60,576 nucleotides of DNA from Tubiluchus corallicola (GCA_030141605.1 JAQGDQ010001130.1:1-60576); one strand, 5' to 3'. Positions 39,080 through 54,395 are shown, counted from the stretch's first letter. Made by a program: numbers and translations. Notes: generated by a model from the letters alone, not told the origin.

Positions 39080-40697
39080 GTTTTGACATGTTTCTGGACA
39101 CCAGTCAATGTCTACGTGTCGTGTTCATGGCGTTTTGACATGTTTCTGGATACCAGTCAATGTCTACGTGTCGTGTTCATGGCGTTTTGACATGTTTCTG
39201 GATACCAGTCAATGTCTACGTGTCGTGTTCGTGGCGTTTTGACATGTTTCTGGATACCCGTCAATGTCTACGTGTCGTGTTCATGGCGTTTTGACATGTT
39301 TCTGGACACCAGTCAATGTCTACGTGTCGTGTTCATGGCGTTTTGACATGTTTCTGGATACCAGTCAATGTCTACGTGTCGTGTTCGTGGCGTTTTGACA
39401 TGTTTCTGGATACCAGTCAATGTCTACGTGTCGTGTTCATGACGTTTTGACATGTTTCTGGATACCAGTCAATGTCTACGTGTCGTGTTCATGGCGTTTT
39501 GACATGTTTCTGGATACCAGTCAATGCCTACGTGTCGTGTTCATGGCGTTTTGACATGTTTCTGGACACCAGTCAATGTCTACGTGTCGTGTTCATGGCG
39601 TTTTGACATGTTTCTGGATACCAGTCAATGTCTACGTGTCGTGTTCATGGCGTTTTGACATGTTTCTGGATACCAGTTAATGTCTACGTGTCGTGTTCAT
39701 GACGTTTTGACATGTTTCTGGATACCAGTCAATGTCTACGTGTCGTGTTCATGGCGTTTTGACATGTTTCTGGATACCAGTCAATGTCTACGTGTCGTGT
39801 TCATGGCGTTTTGACATGTTTCTGGATACCAGTCAATGTCTACGTGTCGTGTTCATGGCGTTTTGACATGTTTCTGTATACCAGTCAATGCCTAGGTGTC
39901 GTGTTCATGGCGTTTTGACATGTTTCTGTATACCAGTCAATGCCTAGGTGTCGTGTTCATGGCGTTTTGACATGTTTCTGGATACCAGTCAATGTCTACG
40001 TGTCGTGTTCATGGCGTTTTGACATGTTTCTAGATACCAGTCAATGTCTACGTGTCGTGTTCATGGCGTTTTGACATGTTTCTGGATACCAGTCAATGTC
40101 TACGTGTCGTGTTCATGGCGTTTTGACATGTTTCTGGATACCAGTCAATGTCTACGTGTCGTGTTCATGACGTTTTGACATGTTTCTGGATACCAGTCAA
40201 TGTCTACGTGTCGTGTTCATGGCGTTTTGACATGTTTCTGGATACCAGTCAATGTCTACGTGTCGTGTTCATGGCGTTTTGACATGTTTCTGGACACCAG
40301 TCAATGTCTACGTGTCGTGTTCATGACGTTTTGACATGTTTCTGGATACCAGTCAATGTCTACGTGTCGTGTTCATGGCGTTTTGACATGTTTCTGGATA
40401 CCAGTCAATGTCTACGTGTCGTGTTCATGGCGTTTTGACATGTTTCTGGATACCAGTCAATGTCTACGTGTCGTGTTCATGGCGTTTTGACATGTTTCTG
40501 TATACCAGTCAATGCCTAGGTGTCGTGTTCATGGCGTTTTGACATGTTTTTGTATACCAGTCAATGCCTAGGTGTCGTGTTCATGGCGTTTTGACATGTT
40601 TCTGGATACCAGTCAATGTCTACGTGTCGTGTTCATGTCGTTTTGACATGTTTCTGGATACCAGTCAATGTCTACGTGTCGTGTTCATGGCGTTTTC
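39080..40697. repeat. 52-bp minisatellite, ~31 copies
   Basis: Unit gttttgacatgtttctggataccagtcaatgtctacgtgtcgtgttcatggc. Confidence 0.95.
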
Positions 40698-41150
40698 TTC
40701 GTATTTAACTAAATGAAGCAAACATTATAAACGTAAGTGATGACATGATTTATTTCAACTAGTTTAACATTTCAACGTCACATCACTATACCACAATAGA
40801 AAGCTACTATGCAGGAACTAAAAGCTCAATTTACAATGTAACACTATATGGCTGTAACAAATTGGTAATAGGTTAGTTCGTTTTGCTCAGCGAGTTAGTT
40901 TAAACATAATTTATTTAGGATTGGATCAGACTGTTTGAACAACATGATTTAGGATCCTCACCACAACAGACTTTATACACTATTTTTTACAAGAACATTT
41001 ACAGTAAGAATAAACTATACTTAGTTTTTAGTATACTTTAGTATACTAAAGTTTTACTACAGTGATACATTAGACATTAGTAGAAAATGACGGTTAGTAA
41101 ATATTAATGTACGATTATTTAAGAATGATGCATTTTATATCAGATAGAAA

Positions 41151-41600
41151 CTACTGGAAGCGTTTAGTACGTAATATAAAGTCATGTATACATAGGAATA
41201 TTTTACAGTTAGCAACATAGTTAAATTCATCTTTACCGAATAATAACAACTTCAACAGATCATTAGTTCCTAAGGCAGCTATATTAACGTTTTCGGGCAG
41301 AAGTATTGCATTTAGTTTATCAAACATAACAACCCTAGCTAGTTGATACAATGGGCAGTGCAACAAAAAGTGTTCAACAGACTCAAATCGAAATCCACAG
41401 TTACAATTCGGCAATATTGGATGACCGTTATTATCTTTACAGCCTTTAGAGAAAAGGTCGTAGTTTAGCTGAGAAAATCCGATTCTGATGCGCGTATGAT
41501 GCACTGATATTGGAGGTTTACCAAATGAAAAATGTTTCCTACGCAACGTAAAACTTAAATGAGATATGAGCTCTATCGTCATCTGGTCGTAGTATATCAC
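41151..41600 (-). mobile_element. 5'-truncated non-LTR retrotransposon fragment (L2/CR1-group ORF2 C-terminus)
   Basis: HTRIRIGFSQLN...CNCG...ESVEHFLLHCPLY...LLFG...FILRTKRF is the typical C-terminal Cys/His region of such ORF2 proteins. Confidence 0.8.
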
Positions 41601-44104
41601 TGTGTTTCGTAATTATAATAAACAGAGAACCCAGTAGATTCACCTGTATAAATTAAATTAATTATGTGACTTGACAAGGGTTGTAATCAACACAGCACAG
41701 AACTGGATGAAAAACATGAATGATACCATTGTACTATTTTACCAAATCCTGTGCGGATGAGTAGGTATTTGCACTACATCCCATATCTTTCAAAGAGGAT
41801 TTACTCTTAATTACGTTTAACAAACAATAGCCTGGTGCCGGAAATCTGATAGCGCAGAACGCTTCAAAGTTTTTTCAGCAAATTCTAATAGCCGACGCGA
41901 ATCCCTCTTAAAGCGAGTAAATAACACTTACGCTACAAAACACTTGTTAAACAACCGCAGAGGAACGCCTAACTAGTGTTATTGACACCGTTACAAGCAC
42001 ACCTGATGATAATAACCTTCAGGTCAGGGGATCTGTTACATAAGTGCTTTTTTCCACCAGGCTGGAGGGAGCATGCATCCACTGGCAGCTCTCATTTACT
42101 CTAACTAAAGCTATTCAGTTCAATGATAAGTAAAAAAAATTCATAATTCTGCAAACTCGGTTGAAGGATGTTCTTTTTTCAGTTAAGACTGTTGCACCAA
42201 CCGTAAGTGATACCTCGCTGGGCAGCACTTTTAGTGTTCGTTCACACGCCTTTTGGCGGTCTATGTTTTCCGATAGAAAAACCGGTAAAAACTGTAATGA
42301 TGACTCTAATATGGTCGAATGATCATTTGACAGTTTTACGACAGGGCTCTAGCAAAACAGCTGATTGCTAGGAAATTGTCTGTTTCCGTTAACCCCTACT
42401 AACCAGTTAGGTACTGTTAGGCAATGACGGGATGTTAAATTAATAGCTTGGGTTGGTTATAGAGTTCATTCCTGATTGATGGTGGTGGACTCAGGTAGCA
42501 ATGCCCTATTGGAAGCATTAAAATAGAATGTAAGTAGAATGGTACAGATCGTAGTAGGTCTATAACTGGTGTAACATTAAGCGAATTAAGACTGATAGTT
42601 ATGGAAGATGATTTTAGGACGTCTAAACGCTTTTTATATTCTTACGCTCGGCATTGCTAGATGAACAAAGTCTGCTTGTATCACAAGTTCTTCGTTTGGG
42701 TATCTTATCTGTAAAATATTTGCCAAAAAATCGTTAACTGCGACCTCAACATTTCAAGAACGTTAGTTGGTACCTTCTATTCTGTTTTCTAGATCTGTGT
42801 TCACACTTCTGTTTTTCACACTCTTATCCGTAATGTACACTTGATTTGTTTAAGGCAATTTGCTTTAAAAACTTTACAGTTGTCGTTTTTGCTTGGAACT
42901 TTGAACAGAAAAATGAATTTTTATGCGGTATTTGGAAGTTTGTGATTATCAAATTTGCCTGGTCAAAGTGCACACGTGGCTAAGAAAAGTCTGTTGCATT
43001 CTGCACGGCATTTAACAATGCAAAACGAAACATTGTGCGCTTTAGCAAACTTGCAGTTTGACACAATGAGTTTGACAATAACAATATGGTCCAGATTTAA
43101 GCGTTTTATTGATCGAAATAGTGCCATTTTTTACAAAAACTGAAAAAAAGATTTCTGGGTTTACATGTGTATTCGTCACCTCCAGATTTTAGGTCAGCCT
43201 CTATAAAATGAAGTCTGGTAGACTTGAACATATGTGATTTTTTCTGCTAGGGAGATTTTGGGTTTTATTGCAGGATAGCATAGCAATAGTTGACGCGAAA
43301 ATGGTAGTTGACACTAATAAGTACTTGGGCTGTAATCTGTCGTACACAGTAGACGACTGTATAATTTAGTGACCAGACAATGAATAGACAATAGTGATAC
43401 TGACCTATTACCCGTTTGTAACTGGATTTAATGCCAGTAGGACTAATTACATACACCCTGAAAGATAACGATAGAAAATTGTTATATTGGAGTTATATGT
43501 AAGCCATTGCAATTTTTGGTTTTGCGTGGTATTTGTGGACAAGATCACTGGTACATTTTAAGAGCAAAATTTTCAGAGGTTTGTCCAAAACTCAAAACTA
43601 TTTTCGTTATTCATGTATTCTTAATAATACAATTGAAAACATGCAGCTAAAATGTAGCATGTATTTGTGAAGAAAATGATTTTTTAAACTGAATTGCGAG
43701 GAAAATTTTGGCTAACGATTTTAACAAGTTTCAGCTTTAATTACGTCATACAGATGGTAATACGTTTTTCAGTTTGTAAATTAGTAATATATGTAATAAT
43801 AATTATTACACTGTCTTACACTGCATGTCACATTTTGGTAATACAAAGTAGCGAATCTTGCAATATTTACAACCCAATAAGTGTTTCAAAATGGCACTGA
43901 CCCAGTTGAAAATTGTTATAGTTTTGCTGAAAAATAAATGGGTTGTTAAAGAATGATTTGCACTTGCGTTTTTTCACACAAATTCCCGACAAAATTAAAA
44001 GCTTGTATTTTGGGTAAAATTATAATTATTTGTTAGCACGTGATTACAATACACGTGTCGATGGCCCTACTGTTTCAAAGACATCAGAGAGAAGAGACAC
44101 GGAG

Positions 44105-44480
<376 letters not shown>

Positions 44481-45081
44481 AAGCAGAGAGCAAAGCAATG
44501 TGAAAATTTATGTTACAATTTCAATCAAATTTACCCCGAAATTTATTTGTTACGCGTCGATAGTTTACATTATAAACTTTAAATGTAACACATTTTGCAG
44601 AAATAACTAGCTATAATTCATCACAATTTGGACGTGAAAATTTAGCTAAATGTACGACTTAATTATCTGATATCGTGATAAGGTATAACTCGAGAATTGC
44701 AACATTGAATTAATTAGCATATGCTTAGTGTGGGGTAGTGAATAGAGTCGTATTTGTTATGCTCGTGCATTGTTAAAACAAGCAGACAAACGTATATAGT
44801 ACAAAGTACACTTGAAATTGGTGCACTGTAATTTATTTGACAAAGTCAGTTTTATTGCAAAAGATTAAACTAACAATGTGTTGAGATCGTATGTTTTGTA
44901 TAATATATTGCATAAAACAGATGAACTGGATTAGAAATGTTATGATATTTGTCAAACAGTGATCATCTGGGTCAACTTATTTAATTTGTTAAATAGCCCA
45001 AGTCAGTGATAATTCATCATGAAGTTATAAAAGGAGCTTTTCTTTATTACACTGTTATTAAAGAAAACTCTTGGAATATTC

Positions 45082-45445
45082 TTATGAATGATTTTCTGAT
45101 GGAAAATACTGTGGTACGTTTATTTCTGGCTTATTATTGAGTTGTGCAAGCTTATAGTTATATTAGCTAGAAATATATATAGTAGGCTCAGTTTCAATAT
45201 AAACAGAAAGTGTACGTGGATGCTATGCTCTTGTAAGATGTTACACATTCAAGATCATTAGTTATAAATGTACCACAGTATTTTCCATCAGAAACTCATT
45301 CATAACTAATGATCTTGAATGTGTAACATCTTACAAGAGCATAGCATCCACGTACACTTTCTGTTTATTATGAAATTGAGCTTAGTATATATATTTCTAG
45401 CTAATATAACTATAAGCTTGCACAACTCAATAATAAGCCAGAAAT
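45082..45445. repeat. Interleaved inverted duplication A-B-A'-B' (144-bp hairpin arms)
   Basis: 45122-45265 pairs with 45302-45445; 45082-45123 pairs with 45264-45305. Confidence 0.9.
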
Positions 45446-45844
45446 TCATGGATTTATGTGAAAAAAAGCAGTCTAATTTGAAACAAGCCCGATAAAAACA
45501 TTGATGCTGAAATTGATAAGACTATGATGTATAACATCAGTTCATCTTTCATTCTCTTCTCCCCCCCCCACTTTTATGTTTATATTATTATTATTTCAAT
45601 TATTAATCACTTCTTTAAGATTTCCACGTACAGTTTGGTCTTCTCAAGCTATGCTTTTAGGCTCAAATTGTATGCATCAAAATTACTCTGTAATGTAATT
45701 TGCACATGTATATGCTGCATAAAAATCTCTTTTGAAATTTCTGGATTATATTGCATTTACATTTATATTTACTTCAGGGAAATTATCTGTATTTTTATTA
45801 AAACTGTTACATGCAGAGTGGAAATAAATAAACTTATAACTTGT

Positions 45845-45900
45845 GTTTTGAATCAGAAACATTATAATTAGAATTCGCATGCTTTACCACTGAGCCACGG
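45845..45900 (-). mobile_element. Decayed tRNA-derived SINE head
   Basis: A box TGGCTCAGTGG and B-box remnant GATTCAAAAC on the minus strand; similar to 2861-2928. Confidence 0.45.
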
Positions 45901-47115
45901 ATTAACGAGAAGTTTCATTTCTCACTCTCGTAGCATATAGTACGTTGACTGACTGATTCTAAGGAGGAGAAAAAATGTGAGCCTGTGGCTTAGTCTTAGA
46001 GCCTGAAGCAAAAACCGGTTCAGAATTTTTCAGCATCGCTTATTTTTTTATACTAGCTATTAGGTATATACGGTTTTATACGTTGCTATTTCAGTATAAA
46101 ATAATAGGCCTAAAGTTTATAAATAAAATGATTCGTAATTAGTTTACGAATTTCACTTGAAGTTTGCACTTCACGTACCCTAAAAGTGCTAAAGTCTTTG
46201 AAAATTCACAATAAAATCATTTGAATTAAGCTCTGCACACAATTACATATATTTTGCATATTGCATGTACATTATACAGTAACCCCAGGGGTTATACATG
46301 TACATTGTTATTATTATATGCAAGCTTGCATACTGCTTAATAAACAGACACTACTTATATGTAATCAGGGATAGATAATGGGGTCAAAGGTGATGAATGG
46401 GGGTATTGTTCCTTCTACATGACCCACTGTTACAGGTTAGAACTTTTACTGACATTTTACATCCTGGGTAATTGCTAGTGCGCAACACGCATGCGCGATG
46501 GCAATGAATGTTATAATTTTTACAGCAAAAATCTGGGTTTTTATATAATATCTTGTGCAGTTCGTTTGTAAATATTAACTACTGGCGACGCATTTCGAGT
46601 AATTTGGAAATGTAAATTGACTTTTATATTTAAATCCTTTTGCATAAAAATGTACAAATAGGCAATAACTTAAATTGTTAGTCAAGTATTTCTAGTACCA
46701 CTTTAAATCCTGTGGAGAAGTAATCAATTTATTTAGCCTCACAAAAACGAAATCTGGGTTTCTGGTAACTATAATCTGAATAAAAAGTTCAGCCTGTCTG
46801 GTGTTTCATTGTAAAATTAGACAATTTCATTTTATTGACTTTGAAAAAAAGAAATCGCTTCCCATTTCGTCATCGCATCTTAAATTCTTAATTCTTTGAA
46901 AACATTTTAGTATCATTGCAGCTCGTGTTAAAGTGAATAAGTGCAGCTCTGTAACTGCATTTATACAAACAAGGGGGTTGACAAACAAGCAAGCAAACAA
47001 ACTGCTTTGAAGCATAACTTCCTTGGCAGAGGTAAAAAGAACTAAAATAATTATGCCCCACAGTAAACCTAACCCTAAACTCATATTTTTCCAGCGCCAT
47101 TTTTTCATTTTCTTT

Positions 47116-47520
47116 CCTGAGCCATTTTTGCCTGTGCCATTCTTACCAGTGCCATTTTTACCTAAGCCAATTTTACCAGTGCCATTTTACCTGAGCCATT
47201 TTTGCCTGTGCTATTCTTACCTGTGCCATTTTTGCCAGTGCCATTCTTACCTGTGCCATTTTTCCCTGTGCCATTCTTACCTGTGCCATTTTTGCCTGTA
47301 CCATTCTTACCTGTGCCATTTTTGCCTGTACCATTCTTACCTGTGCCATTTTTCCCTGTGCCATTCTTACCTGTGCCATTTTTCCCTGTGCCATTCTTAC
47401 CTGTGCCATTTTTGCCTGTGCCATTCTTACCTGTGCCATTTTTGCCTGTGCCATTTTTACCTGTGCCATTTTTGCCTGTGCCATTTTTACCTGTGCCATT
47501 TTTACCAGTGCCATTTTTAC
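47116..47520. repeat. 15-bp minisatellite (cctgtgccattttta)
   Basis: Read directly; preceded by cctaaccctaa. Confidence 0.9.
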
Positions 47521-48204
47521 TTACATTCTCTTCTTGCCATACAGCAGACAACGTGAAAATTCAACGAGGCTTTGATCTCTTGTATTTCTGCAGCATCAAA
47601 GTCGACTTCTACAAATCCGCGTATTGATTTTTTATCACACTGTTCTGCTCCTGTTTTCTTGAAAACAATTTCCGATAGAATCATTGCAGAGCCGTGAACA
47701 AATTTGTAATGTAAATTTTCAATCCCCTCACCTTGACCTTTTAATATTTACACAGAATTAAAATCGATCTTTTTATAATTACAGTGTAAAATGACGAAGT
47801 AAGTCAAAACTGCCGGAAGATGATACTGATAGTTTTGTAACTGCAGGGCGTATATATGATACAGTTGTACAGGCCGACTATTAGCAATTTAATAGCCTGT
47901 ACACGCTCAATGCTACCATCCACGCATTAAATTGTCATTACATACAGCAGTGGAAATGATATTATTATGAATGATCGAAAGCAGGCTAACTGGAATATGA
48001 CGCGGCTGCTTTGTTATTATTCAGGAACATGTAATATACGCAGGACGCAATGATAATTTTTTCAAAAGGATGAATTTTATGAAAGCCTTAGTTTAGAAAA
48101 TAACAGATGAACATACAACCTGTTTATCATTTTTATTAAAGTTTTGTTATGATTTATCTATGATACTATTTTCTTCAAAGTCACATCCCACCCATTGTAA
48201 GCAT

Positions 48205-48474
48205 TGAGGTATCAACATTTATTAGAGCATTCCACCCACTTCTATCTGCAGCTAACAACATAAGTCCTTCTACTCCTTAGATAGATAGATTTCGTTGAAG
48301 ATGTTATTATTTACATCTTTATTTATCTTAGCTATCCAAGTTGTTTTTGGTTTACCAGATGGTTTTCTGCAAGGTTTTGGGGCTTCCTCTAAGGCGATTC
48401 TTACTGGTGCTTCATTTGGTAATCTTAGAAGATGTCCTAGCCATCTTTATCTTCGGATCTTGACTTTATGATAT
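48205..48474 (-). mobile_element. Decayed RTE-clade LINE 3' fragment
   Basis: Translates as KIRR*RWLGHLLRLPNEAPVRIALEE...KPSGKPKTTW, then after a frameshift AADRSGWNAL; typical RTE ORF C-terminus, with stop codons. Confidence 0.75.
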
Positions 48475-48840
48475 TGTAACGGATCCGGGTCCTTTTCAGG
48501 CGCCGATCCGTCTCCTCAGAATGTATCGGCGGCATACAAGTTATGAAAGTACTACAGCAGACGAGAAAAGTAAACAGAATACGGAATGCGAGTGTAAATT
48601 TAACTTTATTGCACAACCGGTAACTCCAAAAGAATGACATGTGAACAGACTTTTGTATAAAAATCAGCAAACCTACAGCATTCACCTTTACAGACAGAAA
48701 GGCCAGGTTGGAATCGTCAAATTACGGCGTGCATTCTGTTTTATACAGGTACATTTGCATTACTGGGCTTCTCAACCATACCCATTACTAACATTATGGG
48801 GTTAGTCAAAACCCGTCTTCGTAACACTACCCCCTCCTCA
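48475..48840 (-). mobile_element. 3' LTR (48475-48826) plus polypurine tract of an LTR retrotransposon, probably Gypsy-like
   Basis: On the minus strand the PPT GAGGAGGGGGTAG abuts TGTTACG...CGTTACA; TATAAAA (~48745) and AATAAA (~48610) lie inside. Confidence 0.8.
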
Positions 48841-49665
48841 ATTTCCATTTGTCCACAAATGAGTTACAGCAAATGCAAATGCAATTAAATTTTACTCTAG
48901 TTGGGTTGCAAATGCAATTAAATTTTACTCTAGTTGAACCCAACAAAAGTCATTCAAAGTTGAGCAAATCAGTTTAACAAAATAATCAAAATTGTAAATA
49001 GCACTAGTACAAATATGTAAAATCCCGGCTTTAGCAAATCTATCCAGGTTTATGACAGCATAAAACTGAAAACGGTGAGTTGATAATCCTTTTTCCTGTG
49101 GGAAGAGATCAATGATCCACTTCTTGTGAGTGCAGTGTATCGATATCCATCGAGACTGTCCCAAAAAACAATACAGTCAGTCTTAAACAGAAACCAGTCT
49201 TTGCACAGCACGCTATCGGCAAAACAGGCCTTGAAACGAAAAAGCATTCTACTAGTTAGTTCCGAGGCACTGAGACAACCTCTATGATGTGGTACATTGT
49301 GAACAGTCTATAGAAGTTCTCCTGGGGCGTCGGTAGGGATTCGAACCATCTGTCTGCCCGGTGAAATAAAGTAGTTGCGATACTTGCGAAGGTGTAGGGT
49401 ACTCCAGCCATGTGCTACAACGGTATTGTACTCCTAGCCATAAACCATGTCTTTGACGGTACTACATAATAGACTCGTGTCCGTCATAATAGACTCGTGT
49501 AGCAATCGACGTTCGCATCATCTTGTTGATACACACTGGAAATTTTAATATGCATGTATGAGTGGCAGCATTACTATGAGATTGTGGAAAATTAAACTTC
49601 TTTTTTACGAGATTAGTAATGCTTAGAATCACACAGCGTGCACAATGTTTGACAAAGGAAACAAT

Positions 49666-50965
49666 TAAAATGGACCTTTTATAGTACTTTATGTTACAGG
49701 CACAGTTTAAAATGGACCTTTTATAGTACTTTATGTTACATGCGCAGTTTAAAATGGACCTTTTATAGTATTTTATGTTACATGCGCAGTTTAAAATGGA
49801 CCTTTGGTAGTACTTTACGTTACATGCACAGTTTAAAATGGATCTTTTATAGTACTTTATGTTACATGCACAGTTTAAAATGGACCTTTTATAGTACTTT
49901 ACGTTACATGCGCAGTTTAAAATGGATCTTTTATAGTACTTTATGTTGCATGCACAGTTTAAAATGGACCTTTTATAGTACTTTATGTTACATGCGCAGT
50001 TTAAAATTGACCTTTTATAGTACTTTATGTTACATGCACAGTTTAAAATGGACCTTTGGTAGTACTTTATGTTACATGCACAGTTTAAAATGGACCTTTG
50101 GTAGTACTTTATGTTACATGCACAGTTTAAAATGAACCTTTGGTAGTACTTTATGTTACATGCACAGTTTAAAATGGACCTTTGGTAGTACTTTATGTTA
50201 CATGCACAGTTTAAAATGGACCTTTTATAGTACTTTATGTTGCATGCACAGATTAAAATGGACCTTTTATAGTACTTTATGTTGCATGCACAGTTTAAAA
50301 TGGACCTTTTATAGTACTTTATGTTACATGCACAGTTTAAAATGGACCTTTTATAGTACTTTATGTTGCATGCACAGTTTAAAATGGGCCTTTTATAGTA
50401 CTTTACGTTACAGGCACAGTTTAAAATGGACCTTTTATAGTACTTTATGTTGCATGCACAGTTTAAAATGGACCTTTTATAGTACTTTACGTTACATGCG
50501 CAATTTAAAATGGACGTTTTATAGTACTTTATGTTGCATGCACAGTTTAAAATGGACCTTTTATAGTAATTTATGTTGCATGCACAGTTTAAAATGGACC
50601 TTTTATAGTAATTTATGTTGCATGCACAGTTTAAAATGGACCATTTATAGTACTTTACGTTACATGCGCAGTTTAAAATGGACGTTTTATAGTACTTTAC
50701 GTTACAGGCACAGTTTAAAATGGACCGTTTATAGTACTTTATGTTGCATGCACAGTTTAAAATGGATCTTTTATAGTACTTTATGTTACATGCACAGTTT
50801 AAAATGGACCGTTTATAGTACTTTATATTGCATGCACAGTTTAAAATGGATCTTTTATAGTACTTTATGTTGCATGCACAGTTTAAAATGGACCTTTATA
50901 GTACTTTATGTTACAGGCACAGTTTAAAATGGACCTTTATAGTACTTTATGTTACATGCACAGTG
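49666..50965. repeat. 42-bp minisatellite, ~31 copies
   Basis: Unit ttaaaatggaccttttatagtactttatgttacatgcacagt. Confidence 0.95.
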
Positions 50966-52202
50966 TTCTGTAGAACATGTGTGTAGAAGATACTTATACA
51001 ATTAAAGTTGACTTAAAGGACAAAAAAGAGGTACCTGAAGTAGCTTTCAGAAAAATTATTTTGTTTTACGGCAATATCGTACGCCCGTTGAAAGAATTTT
51101 TTTGCTTATTTTCATTTTAAATCTCCCGCAATACTGCAGCGACCGCGCCATTACGTGACGTCATACACGCATTACGTAAATCTATTACTTACCTGCTGGA
51201 AAGACTTATGTGACTATAAATGAAAACTATTAATGATTTAAAATGTTTTCACCAATTGGTAAAAATATCTCACTAACCAAAAACGTACTTTTAACTTATT
51301 AACAAGATACAGTAATTTAAAATTTTGCTTAGTGAAGAGTGCGTTACGAATGCTCTGGTTATTTTTTCAAACTTTATTCAGTGTTATCTAAACTTATTTC
51401 AAGGTACCGTCAAAACGGCTAGGTCTAGCGGTCATCACGGGAGTTTAAATTTCAAGTTTTATACAACGCTACTGCCGACGCAAGCCCTGCATAAAGCAAG
51501 GCAGTATGTAAGTGGTATAAAATTTCAAGACCAATTTTTCAACCTTTATTTAAATGGAGGGTTGCTCTCATATTTTTACTACATCATTGGTTTGTATATA
51601 AAATTTCTTACAGCTTTTAGTCCTGTATTTTTACCACGAATGTTTTAATACTTTTGATACTTTGTTACTGTACTATGAGTGAACAGTACTCTATCGTAAA
51701 GGAAATCTCCAAAACTGCTTACAAATTACTCCGTAAAAGGCCAATAGTATTTGAAAACGTACAACGACAAATTAGTAAATAAAAAATTTTTACTTAGCCC
51801 AATCACTGAAATTACCTACATTAACTCAACTGCTTGTTGCTCGCGAATTTTAAGACGGTTTTAGCGTGGAAAACTTCAGCCAATCCCATGACAAATAAGT
51901 GTTGCAAGTAATGGCTGCAAGTGTGATGACCCTCTTCTAGCTATTAATCCCGCTAGCTTGTCAAAGACAATTATAAATTACAAATGGCCACTTACCCCGC
52001 ACACGATGTTTCCTTAAAAGTTCAATTTCAAAAGCAAACAGGATTTGAGCGGTCCGTTTATGTTTTGGCTCTTCCACTTGACTGCCGGTGACGTCATAAT
52101 TTACGTAATCTCAAATCGTGTTTGTCTGAGACTCGTTTATTAGCGGTACGATACAAGCGACGTTAAGTGATAGAAAATGTGTCAAAATATTCGCATCTTT
52201 AA

Positions 52203-52660
52203 CCCTTTCCGTCCCAAATTATTTTTTTAACGAGAAAAATTTTTTTGGCTTGGTACTTTTGTTCAGTATGTTCATTTTGTTTACACATAATAATTTTTTT
52301 TCTATCTGCGCCCGTGTGCTAAATATAGCCTGTATCCCACGGGATACATTGGGATTCAATGGAAGCATAAAATGTGCTTCATTTTGAAACTGCTGATAAT
52401 TTTTTAAAGTATTTAAGACATTTAGCATGCATGCAATGCTGATCTGTACAAAGTCGTCTCTAAAGTACTGTACCTTGCGCAGTTTTTTATGCTATGTAGA
52501 TTTCCTAGTTTGCCATTTTATCACCATTTTTAGTCTATTGTTATTGGCTTAAATCAAAATAGCTATTAACAGATTAAATAAATGGCAGTTTTAAAGTTTT
52601 ATTAATTTTAAAAGCAGAAAATATTCTCGTATCCCACGGGATACAACAGGTATGAAAGGG
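52203..52660. mobile_element. piggyBac-type MITE, copy 2
   Basis: TTAA TSDs, CCCTTTC...GAAAGGG termini, same family as 16687-17136. Confidence 0.9.
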
Positions 52661-53054
52661 TTAAAGAGAAATGTCGCTAAGCGAGGCGTCGTTGTGCGAG
52701 GACTTGCTGTACAGCGACAAAATGAACTAATTTATTTTTCAGATGAATTAAACATTTAGATGTGATTGTAAATACGTTATCGTTGTTTTTATTTGATTTT
52801 TTTTTGCATAGATCGATTTGCGTATTTTAAGTGACCAGATTAATGCACACTGTGTCCAGTTGGACTCTGTGTATGTGGTAACAAGAACGGTTAAATATCG
52901 ATTTTTTTTATTTCATTTGCCAAACGTTTGCCCGCACGCCACGTGATTCTAAACATTTTCTGATTGTAAAAAGACGTAGAATTTTGAATTTTTCACAGTA
53001 TCAACGTTTGTTGGGTTTGGACAAGTGTGAATCGTTGCATCAGTACACACAATA

Positions 53055-53765
53055 CCAAAAACACAATATCAAAGACACAATATCAAAAACACAACATCAA
53101 TAACACAATATCAAAAACACAATATCAAAAACACAATATCAAAAACACAACATCAAAAACACAATATCAAAAACACAATATCAAAAACACAATATCAAAA
53201 ACACAATATCAAAAACACAATATCAAAAACACAATATCAAAAACACAATATCAAAAGACACAACATCAAAAACACAATATCAAAAACACAATATCAAAAA
53301 CACAATATCAAAAGACACAACATCAATAACACAATATCAAAAACACAATATCAAAAACACAATATCAAAAACACAACATCAAAAACACAATATCAAAAAC
53401 ACAATATCAAAAACACAACATCAAAAACACAATATCAAAAACACAATATCAAAAACACAATATCAAAAACACAACATCAAAAACACAATATCAAAAACAC
53501 AACATCAAAAACACAATATCAAAAACACAATATCAAAAACACAACATCAAAAACACAATATCAAAAACACAACATCAAAAACACAATATCAAAAACACAA
53601 TATCAAAAACACAATATCAAAAACACAATATCAAAAACACAATATCAAAAACACAACATCAAAAACACAATATCAAAAGACACAACATCAAAAACAGAAT
53701 ATCAAAAACATAATATCAAAAACACAATATCAAAAACACAATATCAAAAACACAATATCATAAAC
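53055..53765. repeat. 14-bp minisatellite (aaaaacacaatatc), ~50 copies
   Basis: Read directly from the sequence. Confidence 0.95.
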
Positions 53766-54204
53766 ACGCAGTTATTAACACATACGTCTATTATGAAAAC
53801 TCATGTTTAAGAGAAAAACAGTTTTATTTGTCTGTTGTACGTTGGTCTAATGAAACATGAATTCACAGTTATTAACTCTGATAGTAAATCATAAACTATA
53901 CGTCAAAAATAAAAATTAGCTCAACTGCAATGTTGGTTCAGGTAGCTAACTTAGCTTACTGCAAGTCTTAATTTAGGCTTTTAAGTTCTTGTGTTGATAA
54001 TTTGGGACTTAACGCAGCACATATGCGAGGTTTAATGTCTTTCAATGGCGTAATTTAATTTAGTTAAGCAAATATTGTTAGGAAATGTATAAAATTTAAT
54101 GCCGTCCAAACTTACGGTCACAGGATACTCAAAAAAAGGCAATACTGTAGACTTCATGAAAAATCAATGTTTAGTACCAGCTTCAAACAATCATAGTTTT
54201 ACTG

Positions 54205-54395
<191 letters not shown>

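Noticed and set aside
47023-47627. (NGTGK)n and (PVPFL)n repeat proteins
   Set aside because: 15-bp minisatellite that is open in several frames.
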